The notes: generated from the letters alone by a model not told the origin. A DNA stretch of 64,000 bases from an uncultured Candidatus Saccharibacteria bacterium (GCA_964607415.1 CAZSKK010000002.1:9991-73990), one strand, 5' to 3'. Positions 19,177-29,382 are shown, counted from the stretch's first letter. Numbers and translations: made by a program.

Positions 19177-19395
19177 ATGGCAGCAACAATGAAACATAGA
19201 CGGTCTAAGAGTAAGAGAAATAGCACACGAAGCTCTAATAGATACGATAAATTACTAACTAAATTTAAAAAGATAAAAAAACAAGGTGGTAAGACACTAG
19301 CGAAAACCTCTACAAATAAATTTGTTCCACCTCATACTGTAACGAAAGACAATCCTGTGTATAATGGTGTTAAGGTTCTAAATACAGAGGAATAA
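19177..19395 (+). CDS. hypothetical highly basic small protein (72 aa)
   Basis: Lys/Arg-rich N-terminus; located immediately upstream of nusB; no family recognised. Confidence 0.4.
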   Translation: MAATMKHRRSKSKRNSTRSSNRYDKLLTKFKKIKKQGGKTLAKTSTNKFVPPHTVTKDNPVYNGVKVLNTEE

Positions 19396-19400
19396 ATAAA

Positions 19401-19859
19401 ATGTCTACTAGCAGTCAAAATCCTTCAAAAGATACCAGGCATGTAACCAGGGTATTAGTTATACAATACCTTTTCTCTAAAGCTAAAGCGGATCAACTAA
19501 GTATTGCTGAGAAGTCTGCAAGTTTTGACCCTCTATCCATTTTAAATGGAATTCTAGAAGAAAAAAAATTTAATAGAAAGCTATATGAAAAAATAGTTGA
19601 AGGTGTGGAAGAAAATACAAAAAAAATTGATAAAATAATAACTAAATATGCTCCAGAATGGCCTTTAGACCAGATTAATACAGTAGATTTGTGCATTCTA
19701 CGTGCTTCTATTTGGGAAGCATTTATTGGAGAAATTACTCCAAGTAAAGTGGTTATTAATGAGGCAATCGAACTTTCAAAAGAACTAAGTTCTGAAGAAA
19801 GCGCAGGTTTTATTAACGGTGTTTTAGGAAATATTTTAAAAAATACGAAGCTAAAATAA
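19401..19859 (+). CDS. nusB: transcription antitermination factor NusB
   Basis: RHVTRVLVIQYLF... and INEAIELSKELSSEESAGFINGVLGNI match the NusB consensus. Confidence 0.85.
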   Translation: MSTSSQNPSKDTRHVTRVLVIQYLFSKAKADQLSIAEKSASFDPLSILNGILEEKKFNRKLYEKIVEGVEENTKKIDKIITKYAPEWPLDQINTVDLCILRASIWEAFIGEITPSKVVINEAIELSKELSSEESAGFINGVLGNILKNTKLK

Positions 19860-19884
19860 TATTAAGGTAATAATTATTAACAGT

Positions 19885-20589
19885 ATGGATAAATCCTTGA
19901 AAAATTTCTACAAAAAAATTAAGGTAGAATTTTCTAATGAATCAATAATTAAAGAAGCACTGACCCATAGATCGCATTTGAATGAATCAAAAAATAAGGC
20001 ATTAAAGAATAACGAAAGAATGGAGTTTTTAGGTGATGCGGTTTTAGAAATGATTGTAACAATATTTCTACTAAAAAAATTTCCCGAATTCCCAGAAGGT
20101 GAACTTACAAGCTTAAGAGCAAGCTTGGTTAGAACAGAAAGTCTAGCTGAAGAAGCAAAAAGAATTGACTTAGGTAGTTTTATTTTAATGAGCAAAGGAG
20201 AAGAATCTACTGGGGGGAGAAATAGACCTTACATTTTAGCCAATGCCTTTGAAGCATTGATCGGAGCTATTTATTTGGATAAAGGATATGAAGCCGTTGA
20301 AAATTTTATTTTAAAAAATGTCTGTTACAAAATAGATAGTATTGTTGAAAGTAAGGGGTATATAGATTCCAAGTCAAGACTACAAGAACTATCTCAAGAG
20401 GTTTTAAAAATAACACCTAACTATAAGCTCCTAGGTTCAAGTGGTCCTGATCACAATAAAACATTTGAAATGGCAGTTTATATTGGTGAAAAGATCCACG
20501 GCAGAGGGCAGGGTAAAAGTAAGCAAGAGGCCGAACAAAATGCTGCCCTAAATGCCCTAAATTCATGGAGTGACGAAAAAGCAAACTAG
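19885..20589 (+). CDS. rnc: ribonuclease III
   Basis: ALTHRS...ERMEFLGDAVLE (RNase III signature) plus a C-terminal dsRBD. Confidence 0.9.
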   Translation: MDKSLKNFYKKIKVEFSNESIIKEALTHRSHLNESKNKALKNNERMEFLGDAVLEMIVTIFLLKKFPEFPEGELTSLRASLVRTESLAEEAKRIDLGSFILMSKGEESTGGRNRPYILANAFEALIGAIYLDKGYEAVENFILKNVCYKIDSIVESKGYIDSKSRLQELSQEVLKITPNYKLLGSSGPDHNKTFEMAVYIGEKIHGRGQGKSKQEAEQNAALNALNSWSDEKAN

Positions 20590-20660
20590 ATTTATGATTG
20601 CTTTTATTGATTCTTATTGCTAAAATATTCAAGTTTTAATTAAGTTTAATATATAAAAAC

Positions 20661-21032
20661 ATGGTAAGAATTAGATTATCAAGAGCAGGAAGAACACATT
20701 TAGCATTTTACAAAATTGTTGTAACTCCTCTAAGAGAGAAAAGAGATTCTAAATTTATAGAACAGTTAGGATATTACTCACCTCATACAAAAGAAATAAA
20801 ACTTGAAAAAGAAAGAGTAGAATACTGGCTATCAGTAGGTGCACAACCTTCAGATACAGTTAAAAGACTTTTTGTTAGACAAGGCTTTATTAAAGCTACT
20901 GATAAAAAAGTTGCTTTTAAAAATGCTCCTAAAAAGAAATCAGTAGAAAGAGCTAAAGCTAAGATAGAAAAAATAGAAGCTAAGAAAAAAGCAGCTGAAA
21001 CTCCAGAACCAGAAGCATCGGCTGCTGAATAA
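20661..21032 (+). CDS. rpsP: 30S ribosomal protein S16 with Lys/Ala-rich C-terminal extension
   Basis: MVRIRLSRAGRTHLAFYKIVV... Confidence 0.9.
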   Translation: MVRIRLSRAGRTHLAFYKIVVTPLREKRDSKFIEQLGYYSPHTKEIKLEKERVEYWLSVGAQPSDTVKRLFVRQGFIKATDKKVAFKNAPKKKSVERAKAKIEKIEAKKKAAETPEPEASAAE

Positions 21033-21087
21033 ATCACATTGAACTTTCTTTGAATCAAACTTTTGAAAGAACTTGGAAGTTTTTTTC

Positions 21088-21837
21088 TTAATTAACAGTC
21101 TGCCTTGATTCTATATATTGTTTAACTTTTTCATCAATCTGAGCCGTTAATGGAATTCTTTTGTAAACAGTCTGCAATTCCTCAGAATCTTTATCACTAA
21201 ATTGATATTTTACAACTTGAATTTCGAACGACCAAGGTTTTTGTTCTATATTATTATAATCAGAGTCTGAAAAATTAAGCTTCATTTCTTTTACAACAAC
21301 AAAATCTTCAAGCTGATCTAAGGATTGCAAAAAATTCTTAATATTATTCAAAGTCCCATTCATTTTAAATTCAGATGGCACTTCCTGAAGCCCAACAACA
21401 CCTATATAATTATTTCCTCCTTCCGGTAGGTTTGATAGGTTAGGTTCTACCACTTCACTGAATCTCTGTGACGATATTTCAAGGTTACTTTTTAATGCTA
21501 GCGCTGTTATTCTATCTCTAAAATTTACAACCTCTGTTGTTCCACTTGGAGCAATACTATTTATAATACTTAATTGATCAAGAATAATCACAGATCTTGA
21601 TGAGATAGAAGATAACTGCGATAAAGTATTATTTTTTTCAGCAATTTGATTATTAAGTGTATTTATCTCATCTAATTCGGAAAAAATATCTGAAACCTTT
21701 GGAAATACAAACCCTACAATAATACCTATAAATACTATTACAGAAATTATGGGAATTATATAGAGTCTTAAAATCTTAATAAAATTTGAAGACTTTGTTT
21801 TTTTCTTCTTTTTTGATATTTCATCAATTTCACTCAT
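21088..21837 (-). CDS. pilO: type IV pilus assembly protein PilO-like
   Basis: N-terminal TM + coiled coil; last gene of the pilM-N-O triplet. Confidence 0.6.
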   Translation of the reverse strand: MSEIDEISKKKKKTKSSNFIKILRLYIIPIISVIVFIGIIVGFVFPKVSDIFSELDEINTLNNQIAEKNNTLSQLSSISSRSVIILDQLSIINSIAPSGTTEVVNFRDRITALALKSNLEISSQRFSEVVEPNLSNLPEGGNNYIGVVGLQEVPSEFKMNGTLNNIKNFLQSLDQLEDFVVVKEMKLNFSDSDYNNIEQKPWSFEIQVVKYQFSDKDSEELQTVYKRIPLTAQIDEKVKQYIESRQTVN

Positions 21838-22391
21838 ACATTATTAACTGTGAACGATATTGTAAGTCTTACGGTATTCTCTTCCTTGGATACTTGTCTT
21901 AAAAATATATCTTCTATGCCTGAAACGGCATTACCTTCTTCAATGATTTTAGCTGCTGTATCGTAATTTGAAGTAACTATTGTCAGGGCAAACTTTCCTG
22001 TACTTTCCCTACCATAAGAAATGATTTTTGAATTTGGATCAGAAGCAACTATTTTTGAAGTTGTATCTAAAAATTTAATTGCTTCAAAATCTGTCTCCAA
22101 AATAGGTCCTAGAGCTTGGGCTTTTACAAATAATTCCCCGTTTGTAGCTCTAATGGTATCAAAACTTGCTATTTGACTATCCTGTTTGGAAAGATCAGAT
22201 TTTAACTTATTAATTCTAGGCTTGATAAAAACCGTTTGAATTATACTTAGAATAAAAAAGATCAGTACAGCAAAGAAAATGAGAATAAAAGAGTAGAGTA
22301 TAGAATTATCTCTTTCTTGAATAATCACTATCTCTTCCTTTGATTTTGGAGGTATAAGATTAAATTTAAATAGTTTAGAATTATTTTCCAT
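21834..22391 (-). CDS. pilN: type IV pilus assembly protein PilN-like
   Basis: FNLIPPK motif (PilN INLLP-like) followed by a TM helix; overlaps pilO by 4 nt. Confidence 0.65.
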   Translation of the reverse strand: MENNSKLFKFNLIPPKSKEEIVIIQERDNSILYSFILIFFAVLIFFILSIIQTVFIKPRINKLKSDLSKQDSQIASFDTIRATNGELFVKAQALGPILETDFEAIKFLDTTSKIVASDPNSKIISYGRESTGKFALTIVTSNYDTAAKIIEEGNAVSGIEDIFLRQVSKEENTVRLTISFTVNNV

Positions 22392-22393
22392 AA

Positions 22394-23437
22394 TTAATCA
22401 TTTTCACTTTTTAGACCAAGGCCCATAGCTACAGAATAGCTATGTATATTAACCTGGTCTACTTCTTTTCTAACATTACCTGATAATGTAATGTTAGCAA
22501 GTGGATTTACCAGAGAAGCTTTTATATTGATTTCTTTACTCAGGTATTCATCCAGTTTAGGAAGTAATGCACCACCTCCTGTCAAAAATAAATTTTTTAT
22601 TTCTGATCCACTAACCCTTTCCTTAAAGTAAGTAAATGTTCTTGAGATTTCTGAAACAAGAATCTTCATTATTGGCTCAATAGACCTGGCAATTTTTCCA
22701 TCACCATTGCTAAAGTCCATACCAAAAGTTGTTTTGTATTTTTCTGCCTGGACATTATCTATACCAAAATCAGCAGCAATCACTTTAGTAAGTGCATTAG
22801 ATCCGGTGCTTATGCTTTGAGAAAATACAACAACACCGTTTCGTACCAAGATAATATTCGAACTTTCTGCGCCAAAATCTAATACCATCATGTCTTTTAT
22901 CTCCTTATTTGCAAACGCTACCATCCTTGCAATCGCTAATGCCTCTGTTTCGACAGCTAAAAGCGTTAGTGACGCTTTATCCATAACGGTCTTAAGATTT
23001 TCTATTAAAGATTTTGGCGCAGCAACAACATACCAATTAGCCATAGCTTTATCATCTATTTTTCTTTCATCTATTTGTAAAAAGGAAACATTCACATTTT
23101 CTAAAGGCACAGGAATCAAAGGCTTTAATGCCCAATGTACCGATTCGGAAACCTCCTCGTCTTTTACAACAGGTAATGTTAAGAGTCTAGAAAAAACTGA
23201 AACTTCTGGAACAGAAACAACGCAGTTCTTTGTATCAATTCCAGAAGCTTTATATGCCTTACCTAACTCGTTGGAAAGGGCAGTTAATCCTGCCTCAGAA
23301 TTATTATCTAAAATACCACCAAGTGTTGGCACAGACCCTATATCAATCAATTGAGCCTTATCTCCATTTCTTTTCAATTGAGCAAGTTTTATAGAATTAT
23401 GACCTAAATCAAGTCCGAAAAATTCTGGTATAGCCAT
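22394..23437 (-). CDS. pilM: type IV pilus assembly ATPase-fold protein PilM
   Basis: FGLDLGHNSIKLAQL actin-like fold N-terminus; 347 aa. Confidence 0.8.
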   Translation of the reverse strand: MAIPEFFGLDLGHNSIKLAQLKRNGDKAQLIDIGSVPTLGGILDNNSEAGLTALSNELGKAYKASGIDTKNCVVSVPEVSVFSRLLTLPVVKDEEVSESVHWALKPLIPVPLENVNVSFLQIDERKIDDKAMANWYVVAAPKSLIENLKTVMDKASLTLLAVETEALAIARMVAFANKEIKDMMVLDFGAESSNIILVRNGVVVFSQSISTGSNALTKVIAADFGIDNVQAEKYKTTFGMDFSNGDGKIARSIEPIMKILVSEISRTFTYFKERVSGSEIKNLFLTGGGALLPKLDEYLSKEINIKASLVNPLANITLSGNVRKEVDQVNIHSYSVAMGLGLKSEND

Positions 23438-23553
23438 ATATGAAAAGTTACAAAAGTTAAAATGTTATAAAGTCTTTAAGATTTTAAGTTTAACGCTTTA
23501 ACGTTAAAACCTTACAACCTTAAAACTCAGCCATTATCATTCTACACAATCCT

Positions 23554-24510
23554 TCAGTTTGTATCTACTGAATCATTTGTTATGAAGCTATGATCAAATA
23601 CACTATCTACCTGTGGGAAAAGAGGAATTTGGGTAATAACTCTTGCAACAGGGCTTGCTGTATCGCTTGGATCAAATGAAACTGATTCAAATTGTCGTAT
23701 TTGGTAAGGGAAATTCCCGGGGTTTGTTGAAAGCACATCCAAGTCTATACTTCCATAAGTTTCTCTTGTTCTTACTGTTATTCGTAAAGATACTGTCGTA
23801 TGAGAAGCGTTCCAACCATCAAAAGTTGAAATATTAAAAGACACAGTATTATCAGTATCAGAAACATTGTTAACAGTAAAATTAAAAGGATGAATTGGAT
23901 TCAAATTATCGTATGGATTATCAGAGGCTAATGAAGTATAAACTTGATCCATATCAAAAACATCTTTTATAACTCTGTATTCGCCAGCAGGTCCTAAGTT
24001 TCTATAAATTAAGCTGAAGTCTAATGCTACTTCTGATCCAGTCCAACTAAAGTTAAGCCCTTGATTGTACCCATTTAAGTTTAAAACAAGGCTTTGATCT
24101 TTATTTATAGTATAGCCATCAACGTCTCTCGTGTCCGAAATTGTCATTTCTGTAAATAAGTTAGCTTCAGTTAAATCTATATTTGTAAATGTACACCTGT
24201 ATTGGTTTGAGTTCGTGGAAACGTTGCCCTGTGAACATGTTCCAGTAGCGGCCGAATTAAAGTCATTCGGAAGTGTGCTTAAAGAAGTTGTATAATCACC
24301 ATATTTTCTTATTATATTTAAAATGTTTGATTCAGAAACATTTAAAGCTTGCTCATACTTCTCAGTGTTTACAACTTCCAGAGTATCTCTTCTGGTTAAT
24401 ACAACAATACTGACAACTATAATACCCAAAATCATCAATACCAAAAGCGTAATTAGCATTATCTGTCCATTGAGTTTCTCTTGCTTTTTGTTATTTTTAT
24501 TTATTTTCAT
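23554..24510 (-). CDS. putative pilus-associated minor pilin (PilX-like) lacking a canonical prepilin motif
   Basis: Basic N-terminus, then a hydrophobic helix (GQIMLITLLVLMILGIIVVSIVVL) and a Ser/Thr/Asn-rich beta-rich body; position matches other T4P operons. Confidence 0.4.
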   Translation of the reverse strand: MKINKNNKKQEKLNGQIMLITLLVLMILGIIVVSIVVLTRRDTLEVVNTEKYEQALNVSESNILNIIRKYGDYTTSLSTLPNDFNSAATGTCSQGNVSTNSNQYRCTFTNIDLTEANLFTEMTISDTRDVDGYTINKDQSLVLNLNGYNQGLNFSWTGSEVALDFSLIYRNLGPAGEYRVIKDVFDMDQVYTSLASDNPYDNLNPIHPFNFTVNNVSDTDNTVSFNISTFDGWNASHTTVSLRITVRTRETYGSIDLDVLSTNPGNFPYQIRQFESVSFDPSDTASPVARVITQIPLFPQVDSVFDHSFITNDSVDTN

Positions 24511-24528
24511 TTTAATCTGTAATCTTAT

Positions 24529-25068
24529 TTATAGTGTATAGTTTCTAGTTGAAATAGTTACTTGTCTTACAACGTTAGTAATGTTTAATCTCTCATTGCT
24601 ATGATTCCCAACAACAGTAAACAATATATTCCCTTTTCTAGGATCAGTCAAAGTTGCAACACCTCTTTCAAATGAGAAAGTAGTGACGCTTAGAACTGGT
24701 GATGTTTGAAAACTTTGGGCGCTTGATCCAGAAACAGAGTCTATTACATTTCTACAAACTGCATTGCCACATTGTGCCCAGGAAATCCTTTCTCCGTTTA
24801 CAACTAGATCACAGCTTTGGGTGCTGCCACTATCACCACAGTTTAAAATAATATCTGCATTTCTTACATCTCTGGATATTAAAGTTGTAACCTCACCTAT
24901 TTCTTCTCTGACAATACTTCTCGATAAGGTTTTGTTTGTAACTTGAATTGCAATGATTAATGCATTAAAAAGAATTGTTAAAATTACTCCTATTATTGCA
25001 AGGCTTATGATTACTTCCGCTAAAGAATATGCTCTTTTCTTTTTTTTATTGGTTAAGTTTTTTGTCAT
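24529..25068 (-). CDS. pseudopilin (type IV prepilin-like)
   Basis: KRAYSLAEVIISLAIIGVIL: class III signal with Glu at +5. Confidence 0.7.
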   Translation of the reverse strand: MTKNLTNKKKKRAYSLAEVIISLAIIGVILTILFNALIIAIQVTNKTLSRSIVREEIGEVTTLISRDVRNADIILNCGDSGSTQSCDLVVNGERISWAQCGNAVCRNVIDSVSGSSAQSFQTSPVLSVTTFSFERGVATLTDPRKGNILFTVVGNHSNERLNITNVVRQVTISTRNYTL

Positions 25069-25069
25069 G

Positions 25070-25594
25070 TTATCTTAAAATGAAACTATCTTTTCTATAA
25101 CCTGTAACACTATTTATAATAGTTTCACCTTCAAGTTGATAAACTATTTTAGAAGTTATTGCATAAATACTTTGATCCAAGGTATTTTGAGGCGTGATCT
25201 CTATAACTAGACAAACGTTAATATTCTGTGCCTGTGATCCTTGAGTTAAATCGGTTATATAAGGACTTTGTGAATCACAACTATTTGCAGTTGAGCTTTC
25301 ACGCCTTAATGTATATTGATTATTCTGATTTTGGATACTAAAAAAGTAAACTTGCCCATTGACAGTGTTTACAAGAGAAGTATCCGAAACATAAATATCA
25401 GCAGGTGATTTTGCAATCTCCAGTGCCTTTACCATAACTCCATTTGCAGTATCTTCTATTTCATTATTTTTAATCGTTGCCAATGCTTTAACCACAAGAG
25501 TAGTAGAAGCAATCACTGTAGTTGATATTATTGCTAAAATAATTAGTACTTCAGCAAGACTTGTAGCTTTCTTTTTTTTCTGCATAATAATCAA
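25070..25594 (-). CDS. pseudopilin (type IV prepilin-like)
   Basis: KKATSLAEVLIILAII prepilin signal with E+5. Confidence 0.7.
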   Translation of the reverse strand: MIIMQKKKKATSLAEVLIILAIISTTVIASTTLVVKALATIKNNEIEDTANGVMVKALEIAKSPADIYVSDTSLVNTVNGQVYFFSIQNQNNQYTLRRESSTANSCDSQSPYITDLTQGSQAQNINVCLVIEITPQNTLDQSIYAITSKIVYQLEGETIINSVTGYRKDSFILR

Positions 25595-26130
25595 TTTAAT
25601 TGGAGTGTATCATTATCCGCATTTACAATTATGCTTCTTAAATCTCCTAAGGATGTTTGCGTTAATCTTATTGTGCAAGAACCTGTTGGATCTGCAGTAA
25701 ACAACGCACCATTTGTTTGGACTAAATCAATGTTACCAGTTAGCCTTTCAAATGCAATTCCTATACAACCTTCGATTTGAAGCTGCACACCTGAAGGCAT
25801 TATCACACTTTCCTGTTGACTTAAAGTAGAACAATTTAAACGATCAGATAGAACCATACAGTCAAAAAAATCATATGAATTATTTTCAACTCTTAGAGTG
25901 TATAAGTCAGGTACTGCATTAGGAATATCACTTGATATGGCTGAACTAGCAACTGAGTTTTTTGCTTTATTTTGTAAACTCTTTAAAGAAGAAACTAGTT
26001 CGTTATACGAAGTAGTAAGTTGTGTGTAGTTTCTGAATCGAATTAACGCAATTGTGCCAAGGCCAAAAAGAAAGGCTATAACTCCAAGTACAACCATTAT
26101 TTCGAGCAAGGTGAAAGCTTTTTTATTCAT
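25591..26130 (-). CDS. pseudopilin (type IV prepilin-like)
   Basis: KKAFTLLEIMVVLGVIAFL prepilin signal. Confidence 0.75.
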   Translation of the reverse strand: MNKKAFTLLEIMVVLGVIAFLFGLGTIALIRFRNYTQLTTSYNELVSSLKSLQNKAKNSVASSAISSDIPNAVPDLYTLRVENNSYDFFDCMVLSDRLNCSTLSQQESVIMPSGVQLQIEGCIGIAFERLTGNIDLVQTNGALFTADPTGSCTIRLTQTSLGDLRSIIVNADNDTLQLN

Positions 26131-26189
26131 ATTTGTAATCAGAGATTTACTAATACCAGTTTATATTCTAATCTAACATAATTCAAGAA

Positions 26190-27002
26190 CTAGGTAAGCC
26201 AAACAAAGTTTATAAAATCTTCCCCGAAGCCAATAACTATCAAGAATCCTAAAAAAATAAAAGGAACTAAGGGCACTAAAACATCTCTAAATTTCTTGAC
26301 TAACATAGCTAAAATTAGCGAAAATACTCCCCCTGTAAGTAAAGTAAAGAAAATTGATATAAGTGAATAAGGCCAGCCTAAAGATAGACCAACTATTCCC
26401 ATAATATCAACATCGCCTTCACCAAGTCCTTTTTCTTTAGAAACTTTAACTAAAATGTATGTTACTGCCCAAAAAATCAAACCGATTAAAAGATTATCCA
26501 CTTGGCCAAGTTCAACATTTTTAAAAATTAAATCACCTGATAACTGGAAAGAAAAAAATCTAACTGATACAACAAATAGATTTGAAAAGCCTACAAACAT
26601 TAGAAAAAGCTTTACAACATTTGTTGGAATAGAGTAGCACAAGGAATCAAATATAGAAAGGTAAAGAAAAAATATGTAACTAGCTATAAAAAAAATCAAA
26701 ATCACAAGAATCTCCTCTATTTTTAAATTTTCGATACTTCTAAGATACCTCTCTAAACTAACAATCAAAAGAAAGGAGCTGATAAGTCCTAACAGCTGAA
26801 TAAAAACAAGTCTCAAATGTTTCTTAAAATCAATTTTTTTATAATAAATAACTTGCAAATAAAAAGGTAAAAAAATTGAGCGAATTAAATCCCCTTGCAG
26901 CATATTAAATCTATAAATTTTTTCTTGTTTATCTATAAAAAACAAAAAAAGATTTGAAAGAACAGATCCAGTATATAGAAAAATCAAGGAGACAATAATC
27001 AC
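26190..27002 (-). CDS. pilD: prepilin peptidase (A24 family) PilD
   Basis: Polytopic membrane protein with FDSLCYSIP (first Asp) and GLGEGDVDIMGIVGLSLGW (GxGDVKL-like second Asp motif). Confidence 0.8.
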   Translation of the reverse strand: MIIVSLIFLYTGSVLSNLFLFFIDKQEKIYRFNMLQGDLIRSIFLPFYLQVIYYKKIDFKKHLRLVFIQLLGLISSFLLIVSLERYLRSIENLKIEEILVILIFFIASYIFFLYLSIFDSLCYSIPTNVVKLFLMFVGFSNLFVVSVRFFSFQLSGDLIFKNVELGQVDNLLIGLIFWAVTYILVKVSKEKGLGEGDVDIMGIVGLSLGWPYSLISIFFTLLTGGVFSLILAMLVKKFRDVLVPLVPFIFLGFLIVIGFGEDFINFVWLT

Positions 27003-27021
27003 TTAAGAAAAAGTTAATAAT

Positions 27022-27438
27022 TTAATTCCAATTTGAAATAGGAGGACATTCATCTGTGCCTAAACTTTTTATTTCATTCGACTCAAGTTGTATACAAAAA
27101 ATAAAACCATTTGCACTTTTATTATAAAAATACTTGGTTCCATTGGAACTAGTGATACTTGCAGGCTGAGTAAATCCAGAGAACGTATAATAAGTCCTGT
27201 TATCAATTCTAAAAGTTGATGGATTAAACTCTACGTTAACTTTTTGTGGGTAAGACAAGGTTACCCTTGTATACCTATTTATTTGATTTACTATTTCAGC
27301 CCCTACAGTAAGCCGTTTTTTATCTCTTGAGTTTTTTTGCAAAATAGATGCGCCATAAAGGCCTAGCAGCAAAAGAACTGCAATAATCACCAAGGTCACC
27401 ATTATTTCTATTAAAGTAAAAGCTCCCTTTTTCCTCAT
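27022..27438 (-). CDS. type IV pilin
   Basis: MRKKGAFTLIEIMVTLVIIAVLL; start moved to the Met just before the prepilin signal. Confidence 0.75.
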   Translation of the reverse strand: MRKKGAFTLIEIMVTLVIIAVLLLLGLYGASILQKNSRDKKRLTVGAEIVNQINRYTRVTLSYPQKVNVEFNPSTFRIDNRTYYTFSGFTQPASITSSNGTKYFYNKSANGFIFCIQLESNEIKSLGTDECPPISNWN

Positions 27439-27521
27439 AAAAAAATTATATAGTATATAAACAAAAACTGGTAGGTTTGAGCCATTCCTCAAAACCTACC
27501 AGTTTTAAAATTTCAATAGTT

Positions 27522-27977
27522 TTAATTAACTGCAACTGGAGTTGTACAATTTGGAAGGCTAGGCTCTCCAAGTTGAAGGCCCCATAGACTTCCTTCTAAA
27601 TCAACGGAAAGTTTGTATGATCCAGCATTAACAGAGTAACAATATCTTGTATATGTTGAGTTAACTGCGCTTGTAGTATTCTGAGGTACAGTTGCACCTG
27701 TAAATCTATAAACTACCTGACTATTTATTTCGACTCTGTCCGAATAAAATCTAATACCTGCTGCGGTATTGTAGGCTGGATAATTAGCTGTAGCTTCAAA
27801 GTATTGTTGAATAGCCAAATTAATATCATCAGCAGCTTTTCTTCTAGAAGTATTTCTTAAAGATCTTTGAACAAGTGAAATACCGTAAATGGACATTGCA
27901 GCAAGAATTGCAATAACTCCCATTGCTACCATAAGTTCCAAAAGAGTAAAACCTTTTTTTGTTTTATTTTTTCTCAT
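27522..27977 (-). CDS. type IV pilin (probable major pilin)
   Basis: KKGFTLLELMVAMGVIAILAA: canonical G/FTLLE prepilin signal; adjacent to pilC. Confidence 0.8.
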   Translation of the reverse strand: MRKNKTKKGFTLLELMVAMGVIAILAAMSIYGISLVQRSLRNTSRRKAADDINLAIQQYFEATANYPAYNTAAGIRFYSDRVEINSQVVYRFTGATVPQNTTSAVNSTYTRYCYSVNAGSYKLSVDLEGSLWGLQLGEPSLPNCTTPVAVN

Positions 27978-28016
27978 TATTAAAAATTAAAAAATACAAA
28001 TTTAAGAACTTACTTT

Positions 28017-29246
28017 TTATTGAATCTTTCCCAGTATTGAATAAATTGGCAAATAAACTGCAATAGCAAGAAATCCAACCATTAACCCAGCTATAACTAG
28101 AATAAAAGGTTCCAAAAGCTTTGTCAAGTTATTAGTCATCTGTTCAACTTCATTATCGTAAAACACGCTCATATCTTCCAAGACTTTATCCAACTTTCCT
28201 GCTTCTTCTCCTGTTGCTATTATTTTAAGAAGAACCACTGGAATTGCTCCGTAAGTGTTATTTTTAGCCAAAGAAATAGATAAGCTTTCTCCTTTTTTTA
28301 TACCTTCAACTGAATTTGCAACAGCCTCTACGAATATCTTATTTCCTAAAGCTCTTGAAACTATATTTATTGCATCCAGAATAGGAATACCACTTTTTAG
28401 AAGCATAGATAAAATTCGGCAAAATTCAGCAAGCTCAATTTTTGTTGTAAGTTTGCCAAATACAGGAATTTTCAGTTTAAAACGATCTACCAGAATTTTG
28501 CCTTGCTTAGTTGAATTTATGTACTTATAGACAACAAATAACATAGCAAAGAAAAGAAGAGTCAAAAATAAGCTTACAGGTTTACCAAGTATTTCACCAA
28601 TAACAACAAGAATTTGGGTGACCAAAGGTAGTTCATCCTGACCCAGACTGGTATACAATTCTTTAATTTGAGGAACCATAAAAGTTATCATTATCGCAAG
28701 AACTATGAACATTATTATGAAAATTATTATTGGATAAATCATTGCACCCACAATCTTACCTCGTAGATTCTTACTTTTTTCCAAATCTTCAGAAACCTTC
28801 TGAAGCATTTCACTTAAATTACCACTTTTTTCTCCAGCTGCAATTAAATTTAGTTGCACCTCTGTAAAAATACCTTCTTCTCGTCTAAATGCTTCAGACA
28901 GAGTTATACCTGATTCAATCATTTTATAAACATTTTCCAACTTTACTTTTATAGAATCTTTTTCGGCCTGCTGACCTAAAATATCTATACACTGAATTAA
29001 AGGAATGCCTGCTGCAATCATTGTAGCTAGTTGTTTTACAAGAACAACCTTTTCAGAAAGTGGATAGCCACCAATTTCAATATTAATTATCTTATTCAAG
29101 TTAACCCCGACTTTTTCATCAACAGAAATAACAGTCAAATTGTTGGCAGTCAAATAGCTAACAACGTCATCCTTGGATTCGGATTCTCGCATCCCTTTTA
29201 TTCTTTTTCCTTCTGCAGTAATCGCAGTATAATTAAATTCGGCCAT
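28017..29246 (-). CDS. pilC: type IV pilus platform protein PilC (GspF family)
   Basis: 409 aa, duplicated GspF domains, 3 TM segments. Confidence 0.85.
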   Translation of the reverse strand: MAEFNYTAITAEGKRIKGMRESESKDDVVSYLTANNLTVISVDEKVGVNLNKIINIEIGGYPLSEKVVLVKQLATMIAAGIPLIQCIDILGQQAEKDSIKVKLENVYKMIESGITLSEAFRREEGIFTEVQLNLIAAGEKSGNLSEMLQKVSEDLEKSKNLRGKIVGAMIYPIIIFIIMFIVLAIMITFMVPQIKELYTSLGQDELPLVTQILVVIGEILGKPVSLFLTLLFFAMLFVVYKYINSTKQGKILVDRFKLKIPVFGKLTTKIELAEFCRILSMLLKSGIPILDAINIVSRALGNKIFVEAVANSVEGIKKGESLSISLAKNNTYGAIPVVLLKIIATGEEAGKLDKVLEDMSVFYDNEVEQMTNNLTKLLEPFILVIAGLMVGFLAIAVYLPIYSILGKIQ

Positions 29247-29274
29247 ATATAAAAAATGCTTTTACATCTTACTT

Positions 29275-29355
29275 CTCCTGAAAATGCACATTATGCATTC
29301 AAATGCAGTTAATTTAGTTACACTCAACAGCACAACATGCTGTCTCAGGATGAGG
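29275..29355. repeat. copy A of an ~80-nt structured intergenic repeat (two covarying hairpins), between pilT and pilC
   Basis: CTCCTGAAAATGCACATTATGCATT...ACAGCACAACATGCTGTCTCAGGATGAGG; matches 53074-53152 and 62235-62335. Confidence 0.75.
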
Positions 29356-29382
29356 TTTTAAGTTAAATTCTTTTTTTATGTT

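Noticed and set aside
21033-21087. Bidirectional terminator between rpsP and pilO.
   Set aside because: Only a T7 run (21070-21077) with imperfect upstream pairing; too weak to call.
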